Positions 26,596 through 35,560 of a stretch of 43,945 bases of DNA are shown here, piece after piece (the stretch's first letter is position 1; each line of letters starts with the position of its first letter). The translations under genes and the position numbers were made by a program. Under the pieces are notes generated by a model. It was not told where the DNA came from. It worked only from the letters and a program-made list of their open reading frames with translations, and did no database searches. The DNA is from Bacteroidales bacterium (lineage in GTDB: Bacteria; Bacteroidota; Bacteroidia; Bacteroidales; JBEPYD01): positions 1 to 43,945 of the forward strand of contig JBEPYD010000004.1 in the NCBI GenBank assembly GCA_041641575.1, in the 5' to 3' direction.

Positions 26596-28578
26596 ATGAG
26601 AACGGTAATTTCATATTTAATTTTACTTGCAGTTTTTACCTTAAGCACTACTTCTGCGGACGCGCAAAGGCGGGGAAAAGTAGACAGGGCACTGCAGGCA
26701 TATGAAGCAGGTGAATATTATGAAGCCATTGACCTGCTGAAAGAAGCTTACGATATGGTAAGCGATCGTGAAGAAAAATCTGAAATAATATTTAAGATAG
26801 CAGAAAGCTACCGCCGCACAAACAACCCAAAAAGTGCCGAGATGAATTATAAAAAAGCCATTCTGCGCGATTACCAGAACCCGGTAGCCATCCTCTATTA
26901 TGCCGATATGATGAAAATGAATGAAAAATATGAAGAAGCTATTGAGCAGTACAGACGCTATGCTGAATTGGTGCCCGAAGACCCCCGGGGGAATGATGGC
27001 ATCCTCTCCAGTGAACTGGCCCTGCAATGGATGGAAAATCCAAATGGGTACGAGGTGGAAGAAATGAAATTTATCAATACCAGGGAAAGTGATTATAGTC
27101 CTGCATTTGCCAGGGAAGATTATATGGAACTTTATTTCACGACTTCCCGGGAAGGTTCAAACGGAACAGAAATTCATGGCGCTACTGGCGAAAATTTCAC
27201 AGATATCTTTGTAACTAAACAAGACCGGAAAGGAAAATGGAGTGAACCCGTTCCTATTGACGGAGAAGTGAGCAGTGAATATGAAGATGGTACCCCTTCT
27301 TTTTCATCCGATTTCAGAACCATGTATTTTACCCGCTGTTTTATCAGCGAAAAGGAAGCATCCGGATGCCAGGTGATGTATGCACGAAAAAGTGGAGATA
27401 CCTGGGGAAAACCCGATGCTCTCCCGCTGATTGGCGATAGCCTGGTTGCTGCCCACCCCGCTATTGCGCCCGATGAGCTTACATTATATTTTGTTACCGA
27501 TGTACCCGGTGGAATTGGTGGAAAAGACATTTATAAAGTAGAACGCGAGAGTAAAGATGGTGACTGGGGCGAACCCGAAAATATGGGTGAGCAGATAAAC
27601 ACCGTGGGTGATGAGTTATTTCCTTACGTGCATCCTGACGGAACCCTGTATTTTTCGTCTACCGGCCACGTTGGCATGGGAGGTCTTGATATATTTAAAG
27701 CCACCCTGGATGAAAATGATAACTGGAAGGTTGAAAATATGCGATACCCAATTAATTCTCATGCAGATGATTTTGGCATAACTTTCAAAAGCGATGTGGA
27801 AGCAGGATTTTTCACCTCAAGCCGTGGAGGAAGAAGCAATGACGATATTTATTCATTCCTGCTGCCTCCCCTGAAGTTTAACATTACCGGAGAGGTACGT
27901 GATGAGGAAACAAATGAAATCATTCCGGATGCTACGGTAAAATCCATCAGCAGTGATGGGGTTACCCTTGAAACCACTACACAGGATGACGGATCATTCA
28001 AATTTATGCTGAAACCGGCAACTGATTACGTTTTTATTGCTTCTGCAGAAAACTACCTGAATGGTAAGGAAAGAGAAACAACCAAAGGCCTGGATAAAAG
28101 CAGGGACTTCACCACTACCATATACCTTGCCTCAATTGAGAAACCCATTGAGCTCCCAAATATCTTTTACGATTTTGCAAAATGGGATCTGAGACCAGAG
28201 TCAATGGTTTCGCTTGATAAACTTGTGGAAACCCTGAACGATAACCCCAACATTACCATTGAACTGATGTCACATACTGACTCGCGGGGTAGTGCACAGG
28301 CCAATATTGAGCTTTCACAAAAGCGTGCGCAGTCCGTGGTTGATTATCTGATAGAAAAAGGAATTAAAGCCGACAGACTTACTGCAAAAGGCTATGGAGA
28401 ATCACAACCCAAAGAAATTGATGCGTCTATTGTAGAACAATATCCAACGCTGGAAGAAGGTGTTGTGCTCACAGAAGAATACATTCAGCAACTACCGGAT
28501 GAGGAGTTGCAGGAAATTGCACACCAGATAAACCGGCGCACCGAGTTCAGAGTACTTACAACAGACTATAACCAGTAA
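26596..28578 (+). CDS. OmpA-family protein with TPR, PD40 (TolB-like beta-propeller) repeats, CarboxypepD_reg-like domain and C-terminal OmpA peptidoglycan-binding domain
   Basis: 660 aa. Signal peptide, then TPR-like helices (aa ~30-130). Five or more PD40-like repeats (..SPAFAREDYMELYFTTSR, ..SFSSDFRTMYFTRC, ..PAIAPDELTLYFVTD, ..PYVHPDGTLYFSSTG, ..GFFTSSRGG). NITGEVRDEETNEIIPDATV. OmpA_C (NIFYDFAKWDLRPES...SHTDSRGS...NIELSQKRAQSV..YL...GYGES). Confidence 0.85.
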   Translation: MRTVISYLILLAVFTLSTTSADAQRRGKVDRALQAYEAGEYYEAIDLLKEAYDMVSDREEKSEIIFKIAESYRRTNNPKSAEMNYKKAILRDYQNPVAILYYADMMKMNEKYEEAIEQYRRYAELVPEDPRGNDGILSSELALQWMENPNGYEVEEMKFINTRESDYSPAFAREDYMELYFTTSREGSNGTEIHGATGENFTDIFVTKQDRKGKWSEPVPIDGEVSSEYEDGTPSFSSDFRTMYFTRCFISEKEASGCQVMYARKSGDTWGKPDALPLIGDSLVAAHPAIAPDELTLYFVTDVPGGIGGKDIYKVERESKDGDWGEPENMGEQINTVGDELFPYVHPDGTLYFSSTGHVGMGGLDIFKATLDENDNWKVENMRYPINSHADDFGITFKSDVEAGFFTSSRGGRSNDDIYSFLLPPLKFNITGEVRDEETNEIIPDATVKSISSDGVTLETTTQDDGSFKFMLKPATDYVFIASAENYLNGKERETTKGLDKSRDFTTTIYLASIEKPIELPNIFYDFAKWDLRPESMVSLDKLVETLNDNPNITIELMSHTDSRGSAQANIELSQKRAQSVVDYLIEKGIKADRLTAKGYGESQPKEIDASIVEQYPTLEEGVVLTEEYIQQLPDEELQEIAHQINRRTEFRVLTTDYNQ

Positions 28579-28586
28579 AATATCAA

Positions 28587-28613
28587 ATCCCGCTTAACAG
28601 CGGGATTTTTTTT
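28587..28613 (+). terminator. Rho-independent terminator after the OmpA-family gene
   Basis: ATCCCGCT-taac-AGCGGGAT followed by TTTTTTT. An 8-bp stem starting 9 nt after the stop codon. Confidence 0.8.
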
Positions 28614-28661
28614 GCTTAAAAAGCCATTTACATTAAATTCCTGTAAAGAAAATACTTTTAC

Positions 28662-28669
28662 TACCTTTG
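28662..28669 (+). promoter_or_regulatory. Candidate -7 box TACCTTTG for the purM-like gene
   Basis: TAnnTTTG match 24 nt upstream of the ATG at 28693. Confidence 0.35.
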
Positions 28670-28692
28670 CAGTTTAAACAACCAGCAAAAAA

Positions 28693-29859
28693 ATGGCTGA
28701 CGAGTCAAAATACAGCAAAAGAGGTGTATCATCTACCAAAACAGATGTGCACAATGCCATTGCAAACATAGATAAAGGTCTGTACCCGAATGCATTTTGC
28801 AAAATAATACCCGACCTGCTCGGGGGAGATCCTGCATATTGCAACATTATGCATGCTGACGGGGCAGGGACAAAATCCTCCCTGGCGTATGTGTACTGGA
28901 AAGAAACTGGAGATTTATCGGTGTGGAAAGGAATTGCGCAGGACGCTATTGTGATGAACACCGATGACCTGATGTGTGTGGGTGCCATGGAAAATATGCT
29001 GATCTCATCCACCATAGGCCGGAACAAAAACAAAATTCCCGGTGAGGTTATCAAAGCCATCATTGAAGGAACGGAGGAGTTTTTGGAGAAAATGAATAAG
29101 TGGGGAATCAATATTACCTCCACAGGTGGCGAAACTGCTGATGTGGGTGACCTGGTGCGCACCATCATTGTTGACAGCACGGTAACTTGCAGAATGCCCC
29201 GCGAAAAAGTTATTGAAACCCACATTAAGGATGATGATGTAATTGTTGGTTTTTCCAGCTTTGGACAGGCGGCTTATGAAGATGAATATAACGGAGGGAT
29301 TGGCAGTAATGGACTTACATCTGCCCGTCATGATTTGTTTCACAAAAAAATAGCACGTAAATATCCGGAAAGTTACGATGCAGAGATTCCCGATGAGCTA
29401 ATTTACAGCGGAGCCTTAAGCCTTACTGAAAAAATAGGTGATGTAGAGCCTGATGCAGGAAAGTTGCTGCTCTCTCCCACACGCACCTACGCGCCAATGG
29501 TAAAAAAGATGCTGGAACAATTCAGGGATAACATTCATGGGCTTATTCACTGCACAGGAGGCGGACAGCTGAAAGTGATGAATTTTGTAGACAAAATACA
29601 TGTAATTAAAGATAATCTTTTCCCTACGCCCCCTCTTTTTCAACTTCTGGAAAAACAGTCGGGTACACCCAGGAAGGATATGTACAGGGTGTTTAACATG
29701 GGACATCGGTTAGAAGCTTATGTTCCGCCATTTTTTGCCGCTGAAATTATTGAAATGGCCAAAGAATTTGGCATAGAAGCCCGTATAATTGGTCATTGCA
29801 CCGTTTCACCAATGAACAAACTCACCATTACTGATAATAAAGGCAATTATCATTATTAG
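28693..29859 (+). CDS. purM: AIR synthase-related protein (phosphoribosylformylglycinamidine cyclo-ligase, long Bacteroidota PurM form)
   Basis: 388 aa. YSKRGVSSTKTDVHNAI, HADGAGTKS, NTDDLMCVGA, GGETAD, CTGGGQ are PurM/AIRS N- and C-domain signatures in the ~390-aa form I recall from Bacteroides. Confidence 0.75.
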   Translation: MADESKYSKRGVSSTKTDVHNAIANIDKGLYPNAFCKIIPDLLGGDPAYCNIMHADGAGTKSSLAYVYWKETGDLSVWKGIAQDAIVMNTDDLMCVGAMENMLISSTIGRNKNKIPGEVIKAIIEGTEEFLEKMNKWGINITSTGGETADVGDLVRTIIVDSTVTCRMPREKVIETHIKDDDVIVGFSSFGQAAYEDEYNGGIGSNGLTSARHDLFHKKIARKYPESYDAEIPDELIYSGALSLTEKIGDVEPDAGKLLLSPTRTYAPMVKKMLEQFRDNIHGLIHCTGGGQLKVMNFVDKIHVIKDNLFPTPPLFQLLEKQSGTPRKDMYRVFNMGHRLEAYVPPFFAAEIIEMAKEFGIEARIIGHCTVSPMNKLTITDNKGNYHY

Positions 29860-29954
29860 CTTTAATCATTTTATTCAATATAATGTATGGTTTTTGCTAT
29901 ACATATATTGTATGATGGTTGTAATATAAACATGTAAAATCAAACTGGCACAAT

Positions 29955-31043
29955 ATGAGTAACAATATGATAATGGATCGTTTGCAAGGCGTAAAACACC
30001 GTTTTGAAGAAGTAGGACAGCTAATTACCGATCCGGATGTAATCTCTGATATGAAACGTTACATCAAACTAAACAAAGAATATAAGGACCTTGAACCCGT
30101 GGTGGAGGCCTATAACAAATATGCCAATACCCTTAGCAATATAAATAGTGCAAAGGCAATTCTGGAGGAAGAGAAAGATGAGGAGATGCGGGAGATGGCC
30201 AAAATGGAGTTAGAAGAATTAACGGCCACAATGGAACCTATGGAAGAAGAAATACGATTTCTGCTTCTGCCCAAAGATCCTGAAGATGATAAAAATGCTG
30301 TTATGGAGATACGTGCAGGTACCGGTGGCGATGAGGCCAGCATATTTGCAGGTGACCTTTACAGGATGTATACAAAATTTTGTGAAGAAAAGAAATGGAA
30401 GGTAGAAATTACCAACCTTTCTGAAGGCACCATGGGCGGTTACAAGGAAATTGTAATGAAGGTTTCCGGATCGGGCGTATATGGCATTTTAAAATACGAA
30501 TCAGGCGTGCATCGTGTGCAACGGGTACCACAAACCGAAACGCAGGGCCGTGTACATACCAGTGCAGCCTCGGTAGCCGTGCTGCCCGAAGCGGATGAGT
30601 TTGATGTAGAAGTAAAACAGGAGGATATACGTAAAGACACATATTGTGCCTCGGGTCCAGGCGGCCAGTCGGTAAACACCACATACAGCGCTATCAGGCT
30701 TACACATGCCCCTTCGGGAATAGTAGTTACCTGCCAGGATCAGAAATCGCAGCTTCAGAACCTGGAAAAAGCCATGGAAGAACTGAGAACAAGGCTTTAC
30801 AACCTTGAATATCAAAAGTACCTTGATGAAATCTCATCCAAACGTAAAACCATGGTTTCCACGGGCGACCGGTCAGCAAAAATCCGTACATACAATTACC
30901 CGCAGGGACGTGTTACGGACCACCGAATCAATCTCACCCTGTATAACCTTAATGCCATTATTAACGGGGATATTCATGAGATTATAGAAAAGTTGCAAAT
31001 GGCAGAGAATACGGAAAGATTGAAAGAAAATGAACTGGCTTAA
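29955..31043 (+). CDS. prfA: Peptide chain release factor 1
   Basis: 362 aa. [17 protein letters not shown] (RF1-type P-x-T tripeptide region), the GGQ motif [15 protein letters not shown]. Confidence 0.95.
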   Translation: MSNNMIMDRLQGVKHRFEEVGQLITDPDVISDMKRYIKLNKEYKDLEPVVEAYNKYANTLSNINSAKAILEEEKDEEMREMAKMELEELTATMEPMEEEIRFLLLPKDPEDDKNAVMEIRAGTGGDEASIFAGDLYRMYTKFCEEKKWKVEITNLSEGTMGGYKEIVMKVSGSGVYGILKYESGVHRVQRVPQTETQGRVHTSAASVAVLPEADEFDVEVKQEDIRKDTYCASGPGGQSVNTTYSAIRLTHAPSGIVVTCQDQKSQLQNLEKAMEELRTRLYNLEYQKYLDEISSKRKTMVSTGDRSAKIRTYNYPQGRVTDHRINLTLYNLNAIINGDIHEIIEKLQMAENTERLKENELA

Positions 31044-31054
31044 AGAATAAAAGA

Positions 31055-31888
31055 ATGACATCAGCGGAATTATTTAAAAATATAAAACAAAAAAAAAGCT
31101 TTCTATGCGTGGGTCTGGACAGTGATTTTAACAGGCTCCCCAAAATAATGATGGATAGTGAATATCCGCTGTTTGAATTCAACAAACGCATCATTGATTC
31201 TACAAGCGATTTGGCGGTTGCCTATAAGCCAAACCTGGCTTTTTATGAATCCATGGGCACTGCCGGATGGATGAGCCTTGAACTTACCGTAAAATATCTG
31301 CGGGAGAATTATCCTGACCTTTTCCTGATCGCAGATGCCAAAAGAGGAGACATTGGAAACACCTCCAAAATGTATGCGACTGCTTTTCTGGAGAACATGA
31401 ATTTTGATGCCATTACCGTTTCTCCATACATGGGTGAAGATTCAGTTAAACCATTCATTCAATATAAGGACAAATGGATCATTATACTGGCGCTTACTTC
31501 AAACGAAGGCAGTCATGATTTTCAAATGATATTTGATCCCGGTTCCAGTATGCGCTTGTTTGAAAAAGTGCTTACAAAAGCCCAGAAATGGGGATCAGCA
31601 GAGAATACAATGTTTGTGGTGGGTGCTACCCAGGCAGATAAATTTAAGGAAGTAAGAAAGATAGCCCCTGATCATTTTTTGCTTGTCCCCGGCGTGGGAG
31701 CACAAGGTGGCAGCCTGGAAGAAGTAGCCAAATATGGATTAAATAAAAAGTGTGGACTGCTTGTGAATGCCTCACGCAGTATCCTCTATGCTGACGGCAC
31801 CAATACCTTTGCTGACTCTGCCCGCATAGAAGCAGAGAAAATACAACAACAGATGGCTCATATTCTGGAAAGCCATAAATTGATTTAG
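31055..31888 (+). CDS. pyrF: Orotidine-5'-phosphate decarboxylase (long, type-2 form)
   Basis: 277 aa. [35 protein letters not shown]. Starts 11 nt after prfA. Confidence 0.9.
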   Translation: MTSAELFKNIKQKKSFLCVGLDSDFNRLPKIMMDSEYPLFEFNKRIIDSTSDLAVAYKPNLAFYESMGTAGWMSLELTVKYLRENYPDLFLIADAKRGDIGNTSKMYATAFLENMNFDAITVSPYMGEDSVKPFIQYKDKWIIILALTSNEGSHDFQMIFDPGSSMRLFEKVLTKAQKWGSAENTMFVVGATQADKFKEVRKIAPDHFLLVPGVGAQGGSLEEVAKYGLNKKCGLLVNASRSILYADGTNTFADSARIEAEKIQQQMAHILESHKLI

Positions 31889-32023
31889 AAATATATTAGC
31901 AGGTTTTATTTATTTTAAGGATTGCTGAAAAATATATTTTTGCCATCTCAAATACAAGAAGTGAGGGTAAACGGATGTTATCATGAGCTGCCAATATTCC
32001 AGGCATTTTGTACTCTAACAGAT

Positions 32024-32374
32024 TTATTTATCAAGAATTTTTTTAATTTTTATTTCCATATCCAGCACACTATTTTCAATAATCTGCCAAACTTCTTCTG
32101 CATCAATCCCGAAGTAATTGTGAGCGATAATGTTCCTGAATCCGCGTACCTTAAACCAATCTATTTGAGATTCTGTTGATTTTTTGAAATCTTCAGTTAA
32201 TTTCTCAGCCATTTCTCCAATCACAACAAAATTCATCATTACAGCATCAAATGACTTGGAATCAGCATATAACTCGTCCGCATTTTTAAAGGAACCTGAA
32301 TATTTTTTAATCTTTTCAATAGAATCGAACATATTTAACAAACATGCAAAATCTTTATGAGAGATATTAAACAT
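32024..32374 (-). CDS. hepT: HepT-like (DUF86) ribonuclease toxin
   Basis: 116 aa. The R-x4-H-x-Y catalytic motif is present as RGFRNIIAHNYFGID. Size and helical character fit DUF86. Overlaps the upstream nucleotidyltransferase gene by 8 nt. Confidence 0.85.
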   Translation of the reverse strand: MFNISHKDFACLLNMFDSIEKIKKYSGSFKNADELYADSKSFDAVMMNFVVIGEMAEKLTEDFKKSTESQIDWFKVRGFRNIIAHNYFGIDAEEVWQIIENSVLDMEIKIKKILDK

Positions 32375-32666
32375 ACTTAATCTCGGATTGAATATGTTTT
32401 TTAAAAACAGGTTTAATGTATTTGATCCTGCAAATATCTACTTGCCTGCCAAAGCGCGATTGAATCTCTTCTTTTAATTTCAGCTTCAGTGAATATATAT
32501 CTGGTGTATCGGGTTCGAACTCGATTGCCAGGTCAATATCACTGGAATCTCCATTTTCACCACGGGCCATAGATCCAAACAATCCAATCTTTGTTAAATG
32601 ATAATCATTTAACAACCGATCCCTGTTGTCTTTTAGATAACTTAATATGGTATTTGAATCATTCAT
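32367..32666 (-). CDS. mntA: MntA-type minimal nucleotidyltransferase antitoxin
   Basis: About 99 aa from ATG 32666. G-S-x2-R-G ... D-x-D motif (LFGSMARGENGDSSDIDLAIEF) of minimal NTases paired with HepT. The track's 9-codon N-terminal extension to 32693 is possible but unnecessary. Confidence 0.85.
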   Translation of the reverse strand: MNDSNTILSYLKDNRDRLLNDYHLTKIGLFGSMARGENGDSSDIDLAIEFEPDTPDIYSLKLKLKEEIQSRFGRQVDICRIKYIKPVFKKHIQSEIKYV

Positions 32667-32805
32667 AATATTTTTTCTAATCCAAATATACAAGTTTTCT
32701 GCTTCATTTCACCGTTTAATTATGAATACTCAGCATTACTCCTCAATACCTGAAAAGGATGATACACCTCATCGAATCATTTATTTTTCCTAATATAAGA
32801 AGACC

Positions 32806-34086
32806 CTATGTAACGCCTTTTATGGTTTCTGGATAATTCAGGTATTCTTTATTAACCAGAATTTCATACAACCGGCCATAAGCCTTGTATAACTCCTGAT
32901 AAGAAGTATATAACGGAGTGATTCCAAAACGAATGAAATTGGGTTTTCTGAAATCAGTTACTACAGCGATATTGCTATGTGCCGGTTTTATCAAAGCCTG
33001 GGTTATACCTGCCGCCCCCGGGTGCTGTATGGTGATGTGGGATCCTCGTTTCTCCGGGTCTTTGGGTGAAGCAATCACTAAATCCGGAAATTGATGGTGT
33101 AAATGCTCCAGCATTTTCAGAAAATATTCCGACTGCTTCTTGCTTTTGGCATAAACCTGTTCAATACCTGCTTCCAAAATTATGTCGAGGGCAGGCTCCA
33201 CAGTTGAAAGCGACAAAACAGGCGGAGTACCCGCCAGGAAGCGCTGAATACCTTCTGCAGGTGTATACTGGAGGTTAAATGCAAAGGGTTTGGCGTCTCC
33301 GAACCAACCCCATACGGGCGTTTGAGAATCCGGAATAAGATCCTCCCGTACATAAAGATAAGCAGTTGCCCCCGGGCCACCATTCAGATATTTATAGCTG
33401 CACCCCACAGCGTAATCTGCCCGGCAACCATTTAAATCTACTGGAACAGCGCCAGCGGAATGGCTCAGGTCCCAAATTATCTTTGCCCCGACTTTATGCA
33501 CCATCTGAGTGACTGCTTTCATGTTGTATTTAAAAGATGTTTGATACCCTACATGGGAAAGACAAACCAGGGCAGTATCTTCATCCAAAGCATTCTCTAT
33601 GTCTTTATCCTTGATGGTGACTCCATCAGTGGATGGGATGATGGTAATTTCATGACCTGCTGAAAGCATCTGGGCCACGCCCTGCAGGATATAATGATCA
33701 GAAGGGAAGTTAAATGCATCAATGACAATCTTTTTACGCGATGGAAGACTTTGCAAAGCTGCATACGCCAGTTTAAACAGATTAACAGATGTGCTGTCGG
33801 CAAAAATAACTTCATGGGGTCGTGCCCCGATGAGTGGCGACAATTTCGCACCTAAGCTGGAGGATAATGAATACCACCGGTTGTTCCAGCCACCAATCAG
33901 TTGCTTTCCCCACTCTTCATTTACTACTTTTTGTGCCAGCGCCTTTGAAGCCAGGGGTAACCTGCCCAGCGAATTTCCATCGAGGTAAACCACCTGCTCA
34001 TCATCAATTACAAACTTTTCTCTACAGGCTTTTAATTTATCAGTACTATCCGCACTCTCGGCTTCCGCTAAAAAATTATTATTCAT
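32806..34086 (-). CDS. kynU: Kynureninase (PLP-dependent, aminotransferase class V fold)
   Basis: 426 aa. YLDGNSLG, WGKQLIGGWN..W, ADSTSVN, WDLSHSAG, the PLP-Lys region CSYKYLNGGPG, FRFG..PLY. Length and block order match kynureninase as I know it. Confidence 0.8.
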   Translation of the reverse strand: MNNNFLAEAESADSTDKLKACREKFVIDDEQVVYLDGNSLGRLPLASKALAQKVVNEEWGKQLIGGWNNRWYSLSSSLGAKLSPLIGARPHEVIFADSTSVNLFKLAYAALQSLPSRKKIVIDAFNFPSDHYILQGVAQMLSAGHEITIIPSTDGVTIKDKDIENALDEDTALVCLSHVGYQTSFKYNMKAVTQMVHKVGAKIIWDLSHSAGAVPVDLNGCRADYAVGCSYKYLNGGPGATAYLYVREDLIPDSQTPVWGWFGDAKPFAFNLQYTPAEGIQRFLAGTPPVLSLSTVEPALDIILEAGIEQVYAKSKKQSEYFLKMLEHLHHQFPDLVIASPKDPEKRGSHITIQHPGAAGITQALIKPAHSNIAVVTDFRKPNFIRFGITPLYTSYQELYKAYGRLYEILVNKEYLNYPETIKGVT

Positions 34087-34088
34087 GG

Positions 34089-34781
34089 CTATTCTTCACT
34101 CAGCATTTTAATGGCAACAGGTGTTATCCGCTCCACCCATAAAGCATACATCTCCCCGGAAGGGTGCAATCCATCGGAAGCGATTAAATATTCGCCATCG
34201 TATTTCGTGCGTGAGATATCGGTAATATAAATATACTCCACCCCTGCTTTTTTGCTTTCTGAGCGGGCAATATCATTAAAAATGTCGATTTCTTTGGCAA
34301 TCTGATCAGGATTATAATTTTTCGCAAAAGGGGTGACACCCCAGTCGGGTATGGAGATAACGATTACGCCTTTGGTATCCTGGCGGGAAAACTGGATGGC
34401 CCTGTTGAGCAAACCGCTAAATTCCTCACGGTAATTAGCAGTATCGCGTCCCCGAAATTGATTATTCACGCCTATTAACAGGGTAACCAAATCATATTTC
34501 CCGGTAATAGGGGCAATGGTTATGCCTTCGTTTAATTCATCAGTGGTCCATCCTGTTTTTGCTACTACTAAAGGTTCGTACAATGAAATACCTTTTTCCT
34601 CAAGGCTATCATGAAGCAAATATGGAAAGGTTTGCGCCTCCTCTACACTTTCCCCCACAGTGTAGGAATCTCCCAGGGCAAGGTACTTTTTTTGTTCGGT
34701 TTTCTCCAGGTTCAGGTTAAAATCGCATCCCATGATAATTCCGGAAATAACAAGAATTAATATTGTGTATATGTGTTTCAT
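34089..34781 (-). CDS. SGNH/GDSL-family hydrolase lipoprotein
   Basis: Start moved to ATG 34781, giving MKHIYTILILVISGIIMGC (lipobox-like Cys). Block I LALGDSYTVGE, block III GVNN, block V DGLHPS. The stop codon is 2 nt before the kynU start. Confidence 0.75.
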   Translation of the reverse strand: MKHIYTILILVISGIIMGCDFNLNLEKTEQKKYLALGDSYTVGESVEEAQTFPYLLHDSLEEKGISLYEPLVVAKTGWTTDELNEGITIAPITGKYDLVTLLIGVNNQFRGRDTANYREEFSGLLNRAIQFSRQDTKGVIVISIPDWGVTPFAKNYNPDQIAKEIDIFNDIARSESKKAGVEYIYITDISRTKYDGEYLIASDGLHPSGEMYALWVERITPVAIKMLSEE

Positions 34782-35038
34782 ATTGTAAATATATGATGAA
34801 ATATCTATTTTACTTATAAAATACCTTGTCAAGAACAATGTGTTCAATGTAATTTTCCAATCTCTTGATTTATCTGCATCATCAAAAAATCATGAATAAC
34901 TAAGGCAATAAAAAGCTTTTTCTACTTTCCCTCTAAATTAAAAAATCAATATTATCAAATACCATACTATTCAACAGACTAAATATGAAGTTATACAACA
35001 TGTAATTTAAATTGTCTACAAATAAACTTCTTAGTAAA

Positions 35039-35056
35039 TTGTTATTTAAATAACAG
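35039..35056. promoter_or_regulatory. Rex-operator-like palindrome upstream of hydC
   Basis: TTGTTATTTAAATAACAG, whose core 35040-35055 TGTTATTTAAATAACA is a perfect 16-bp palindrome ending 14 nt before the hydC ATG. It matches 11/14 specified positions of the TTGTTAA-N4-TTAACAA Rex-box variant as I recall it. Confidence 0.3.
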
Positions 35057-35069
35057 TAAAAGTTCAGCT

Positions 35070-35546
35070 ATGGAAAACATCAAAGAAATTGTAAATAATC
35101 TTTCAGAAAAACATGGTCAGTCGCCTGAAAGTCTGCTGCCCATTTTGCAGGGCATTGTAAATAAAAGACATTACATCTCTGAAGATGCCATCCGGGAAGT
35201 AGCCCGAGTACTGAATCTTTCCACCGCACGGGTATTTGGCACTGCATCATTTTATTCTTTTCTTGACACAGAACCCAGGGGAAAATATGTCATCCGGCTT
35301 TGCAAAACAATCACCTGCAACATGCATGGCAGTCAAATGATAAGAAGTACCATAGAAAACATGCTGAAAATTAAGCTGGGCGAAACCACAGCCAATAAAA
35401 AATTCACCCTGCTGGAAACCAATTGCCTGGGTTGGTGCCACAAAGGCCCCGCCATGTTGATAAACGATAAATCATACACGGAATTAACACCGGAGAAAAT
35501 AAGGGCCATTCTCACCGCTTATTTAAATGATGAAATTATAGAATAA
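35070..35546 (+). CDS. hydC: NuoE-like [2Fe-2S] subunit of NADH-linked [FeFe] hydrogenase (HydC)
   Basis: 158 aa. Thioredoxin-like 2Fe-2S ferredoxin with C-x4-C (CKTITC) ... C-x3-C (CLGWC), preceded by LLPILQ. Confidence 0.85.
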   Translation: MENIKEIVNNLSEKHGQSPESLLPILQGIVNKRHYISEDAIREVARVLNLSTARVFGTASFYSFLDTEPRGKYVIRLCKTITCNMHGSQMIRSTIENMLKIKLGETTANKKFTLLETNCLGWCHKGPAMLINDKSYTELTPEKIRAILTAYLNDEIIE

Positions 35547-35560
35547 TAAATAATATAGCT

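Noticed and set aside
26641-27027. 128-aa minus-strand ORF within the OmpA-family gene. Similar cases are 27174-27530, 35536-35919 (antisense to hydB), 3316-3642, 3597-3848, 7228-7533, 39975-40322, and 30409-30815 (antisense to prfA).
   Set aside because: All are embedded antisense or out-of-frame within strongly supported genes and lack any recognisable domain signature.
28674-29225. 183-aa minus-strand ORF overlapping the start of the purM-like gene (also 29005-29343 and 29416-29706)
   Set aside because: It is antisense to a CDS with clear PurM motifs, has no motif of its own, and would run over the upstream promoter and terminator region.
32511-32520. GGGTTCGAAC, resembling a tRNA T-arm (GGTTCGAA)
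   Set aside because: It lies inside the mntA coding sequence. No acceptor, D or anticodon arms can be folded around it. I found no credible tRNA anywhere in the window.
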